A DNA stretch of 63,225 nt, the filler included, from Craspedostauros australis (lineage: Eukaryota): assembly GCA_030167865.1 (NCBI GenBank). It is 18 parts of 18 records of this genome, joined end to end, with 100 filler letters (N's around TTAATTAATTAA, not from the genome) between each part and the next. Parts side by side here need not be neighbours in the genome. Positions count along the whole stretch, not along the records: positions 58,825 to 63,225 come from JALAGF010006481.1; 17 more parts are not named here. One strand, written 5' to 3'. The translations under genes were made by a program, and so were the position numbers. Shown one piece after another: positions 60,560 through 63,225 of the stretch (the first letter of the stretch is position 1; every line of letters begins with the position of its first letter). The notes below the pieces were generated by a model. It did not search any database, had not been told where the DNA came from, and saw nothing but the letters and a program-made list of their open reading frames with translations.

Positions 60560-63225
60560 GATCAGTGTGTGTGCACTGTGTGCGCCGTCTGTGTGTGCGT
60601 GTTGGCCAGTGAGTGAGGGGCTGGAAGTGACTGCAAGTGTGATCCAACATTATCCATCTTTGAGTGTGATAATGAACATCATGAAGTTGCCAGCTGCATG
60701 TGCCACAGTCGAATCATGTCAAGGTAGGTCCAAAGTGTGTGTATGCGTTGTGAGATGTGTGATTACCGCAATTGGCAGTGGTGAGAGAGTATCCGTAAAT
60801 GTGTGCAAGTGTGAGACATTATTTTGATCCAACATGCATTATGGTCCATCCTTGAGCATGACAATGAATATGATTGAGTGGCCAGCTGTATGTGCCACGC
60901 TTGGTGCCACGTCAAGGTAGCTTTGAAGTGTGTATGAGCGTTGTTGGATGTGTGATTACTGCAGTTGGAGGTGTTGAGATATGGGCCGGAAATGAGTGCA
61001 AGTATGTGATTTTTTGATCCATCATGGTCCATCATGATCCATCTTTGAGTGTGACAATAATAACAAGCATCTTGGAGTTGCTGGCCACATGTGATACACT
61101 TGGGCTATGTCATGCGTGGTATGGACAAGTGTGGCCATTGTTGGATGTGTGAAATATTGCTTTTGATGGTGTTGAGATATGGGCTGGAAGTTACTGCAAT
61201 TGTGAGATATTATTGTGATCCATCATCCACCATGGTCCATCTTTAAGTGTGACAACAATAACGAGCATCTTGGAGTTGCTGGCCGCATGTGCCGCGCTTG
61301 TATCGTGCCAATAGTGTTATGGAGCATGTGTGAGCGTTGATGGTTGTGTCGTTACTGCAATTGGTAGTGGTGAGAGAGGATCCAAAAATGTGTGCAAGTG
61401 TGAGATATTACTTTGATCCAACATGATCCACCTTCGAGTGAGACAATGATGGTGATGGAGTGATTGGCCGCATGTGCCACGCTTGTATCATGTCATGTGT
61501 GATATGGGGCATGTGTGAGCGTGGTGAGATGTGTGAAATATTGTGGTTGGTGGTGTTGAGATATGGGCTGGAAGTTACTGCAATTGTGGAGATATTATTG
61601 TGATCCACCATGGTCCATCTTTGATTGTGACAGTGACAACAAGCATCATGGAGTAGCCAGCTGCATGTGCCACACTTGTATCGTGTCTCGAGTGTTATGG
61701 GGCGTGTGCAAACGTTGATGGTTGTGCCATTACCGCAATTGGTGGTGATGGTGAGAGTTAGGGTTAGCCAGAAATGTGTGCAAGTGTGAGATATACATTT
61801 TGATCCATATTGGTCCAGGTTTGTGTGCAAAACTGAAGATCCTGGAGTTGCCAGCCACACGTGATACAGATGTGATGTATTGTGTATGGTGTATTGTACG
61901 TGCCATGGGGCGTGTGTACGCGACAATGGATGTGCAAGGATTGCAGTTGATGGTGTTGTGAGAGTTAGGGTAAGCCGGAAGCATCTGCATAATTTGAGAT
62001 TGTGTGATCCATCATGGTCCATCTTTTGAGTGTGAAGGTATCAACGAGCATCTTTGAGTTGCCAGCCACATGTGATACGGACATGGTGTATAGTACGCTG
62101 TACGCTGTACGTGCTATAGCTATGGAGCGTGCGCATACAATGTTGGATGTGTGATACATTGCATTAGATGGTGTTTGCAGAGGGACCAGAAATGACAGCA
62201 TGTGTGAGAAATTGTGCTCCACCATGATCCACCTTTTGAGTGTGAAGGTAACAACAAGGATCATGGAGCTGCCAACTGCATGTGATACGGATGTAGTGTA
62301 CTGTGCGTGCCACTGAACATGTGTGAGCGATGTTGGATGTGCGATTAGTGCAGTTGATCGTGTAGTGAGAGTTAGGGTTAGCCGTTAGGGTTAGGGTTAG
62401 TATTGTGTCTGCAAGCATGTGATTTTGTGATCCATCTTTGGTTCATCTTTGAGTGTGAAGGTAACAACGAGCATCATGGAGTTGCCAGCCACATGTGATA
62501 TGGATGTGGTGTATTGTGTATTGTGCATGCCACAGGGCGTGTGTGGGCATTGTGAGATGCGCGAGTATCAAGGTTGGAGGTGTTGTGAGAGTTAGAGTTA
62601 GCCGTTAGGGTTAGTGTCTGCTTTTGTGAGATAGTGTGATCCATCATCCATCATCCATCATCCATCATCCATCATCCATCATGATTCATCTTTGATTGTG
62701 ACAACGAGTATCATGGAGTTGCCAAGCGCATGTGATATGGATGTAGTGCATTGTGCGTGCCACTGAACATGAGCGAGCAATGTTGTATGTGCGATTATCA
62801 AAGTTGCACGTGCTGTGAGAGTGGCCGGAAGTATCTGCAAGTATGTGATTTTGTGATCCATCATCCACCATGGTCCATCTTTGAGAGTGACAATGAGCAT
62901 CATGTCGTTGCTGGCCAGATGTGATACAGATGTGGTGTATTGTGCGTGCCATGGGGCGTGTGTATGCGATGTTGGATATGTGATATATTGTAGTTGATCG
63001 TCTTGTGAGAGTTAGGGTAAGCCGGAAGTGTCTGCATGTGTGAGATATTGTGATCCATCATGGTCCATCATGATCCATCTTTGAGTGTGATGGTAACAAT
63101 GAGCATCATGGAGTTGCTGGTCACATGTGCCACGCTTGTATCGTGTCATGTGTGGTGTGGGACGCCTCCTGGCATTGTTGGATGTGTGACTACCACAATC
63201 AGAGATTTGAAGAGAGAAGCCGGAA
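60560..63225 (+). repeat. Degenerate tandem satellite, ~190-240-bp unit, about 13 copies, with embedded TTAGGG motifs
   Basis: The anchor gatccatcatggtccatctttgagtgtga...gagcatcatggagttgccagc.acatgtg recurs near 60656, 60848, 61040, 61238, 61429, 61616, 61815, 62020, 62229, 62444, 62687, 62876 and 63076. GTTAGGGTTAG occurs in several units, e.g. 62371-62400. Confidence 0.9.

Noticed and set aside
1..63225. Fanzor/TnpB, tRNA, rRNA or viral hallmark genes
   Set aside because: I saw no RuvC/zinc-finger, cloverleaf, rRNA or capsid/polB signatures. Gaps could hide small features.

Overview
This is eukaryotic nuclear DNA, most likely from a diatom. The evidence is a bipartite plastid pre-sequence with an ASAF-type cleavage motif, short GT-AG introns, diatom-type (CoDi-like) Ty1/copia elements and TTAGGG motifs. 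It is not one contiguous locus. It is 18 small scaffolds joined by an artificial 100-nt linker (N44-TTAATTAATTAA-N44, stops in all six frames) at 7315, 10639, 12781, 17748, 21581, 23090, 30264, 31858, 34275, 38796, 41160, 42947, 47431, 48834, 51880, 56383 and 58725, so neighbourhood across linkers means nothing. Many internal 50-N gaps are flanked by duplicated sequence (unmerged overlaps or haplotypes). Only the first scaffold carries clearly intact housekeeping genes: a 3-exon plastid-targeted YebC/TACO1 gene and an intronless biotin synthase, followed closely by the 5' end of a probable non-LTR retrotransposon ORF1. The rest is repeat-rich. It holds pieces of at least three Ty1/copia families with nested and solo LTRs, a Sola3-like DDD transposase, two decayed PIF/Harbinger-like transposases and a MITE. 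It also holds an ankyrin gene, a fatty acyl-AMP ligase with an internal TAG, a Pro/Thr- and Cys-repeat surface protein, several large orphan ORFs and a ~200-bp satellite carrying telomere-like motifs. I found no single clear novel multi-gene system. The best leads are an extra ~260-aa helical module inside a copia pol, an exactly 20-bp-phased binding-site-like array, repeated LTR-into-LTR nesting, and two large orphan ORFs. All family assignments come from motif recognition by eye, not database searches.
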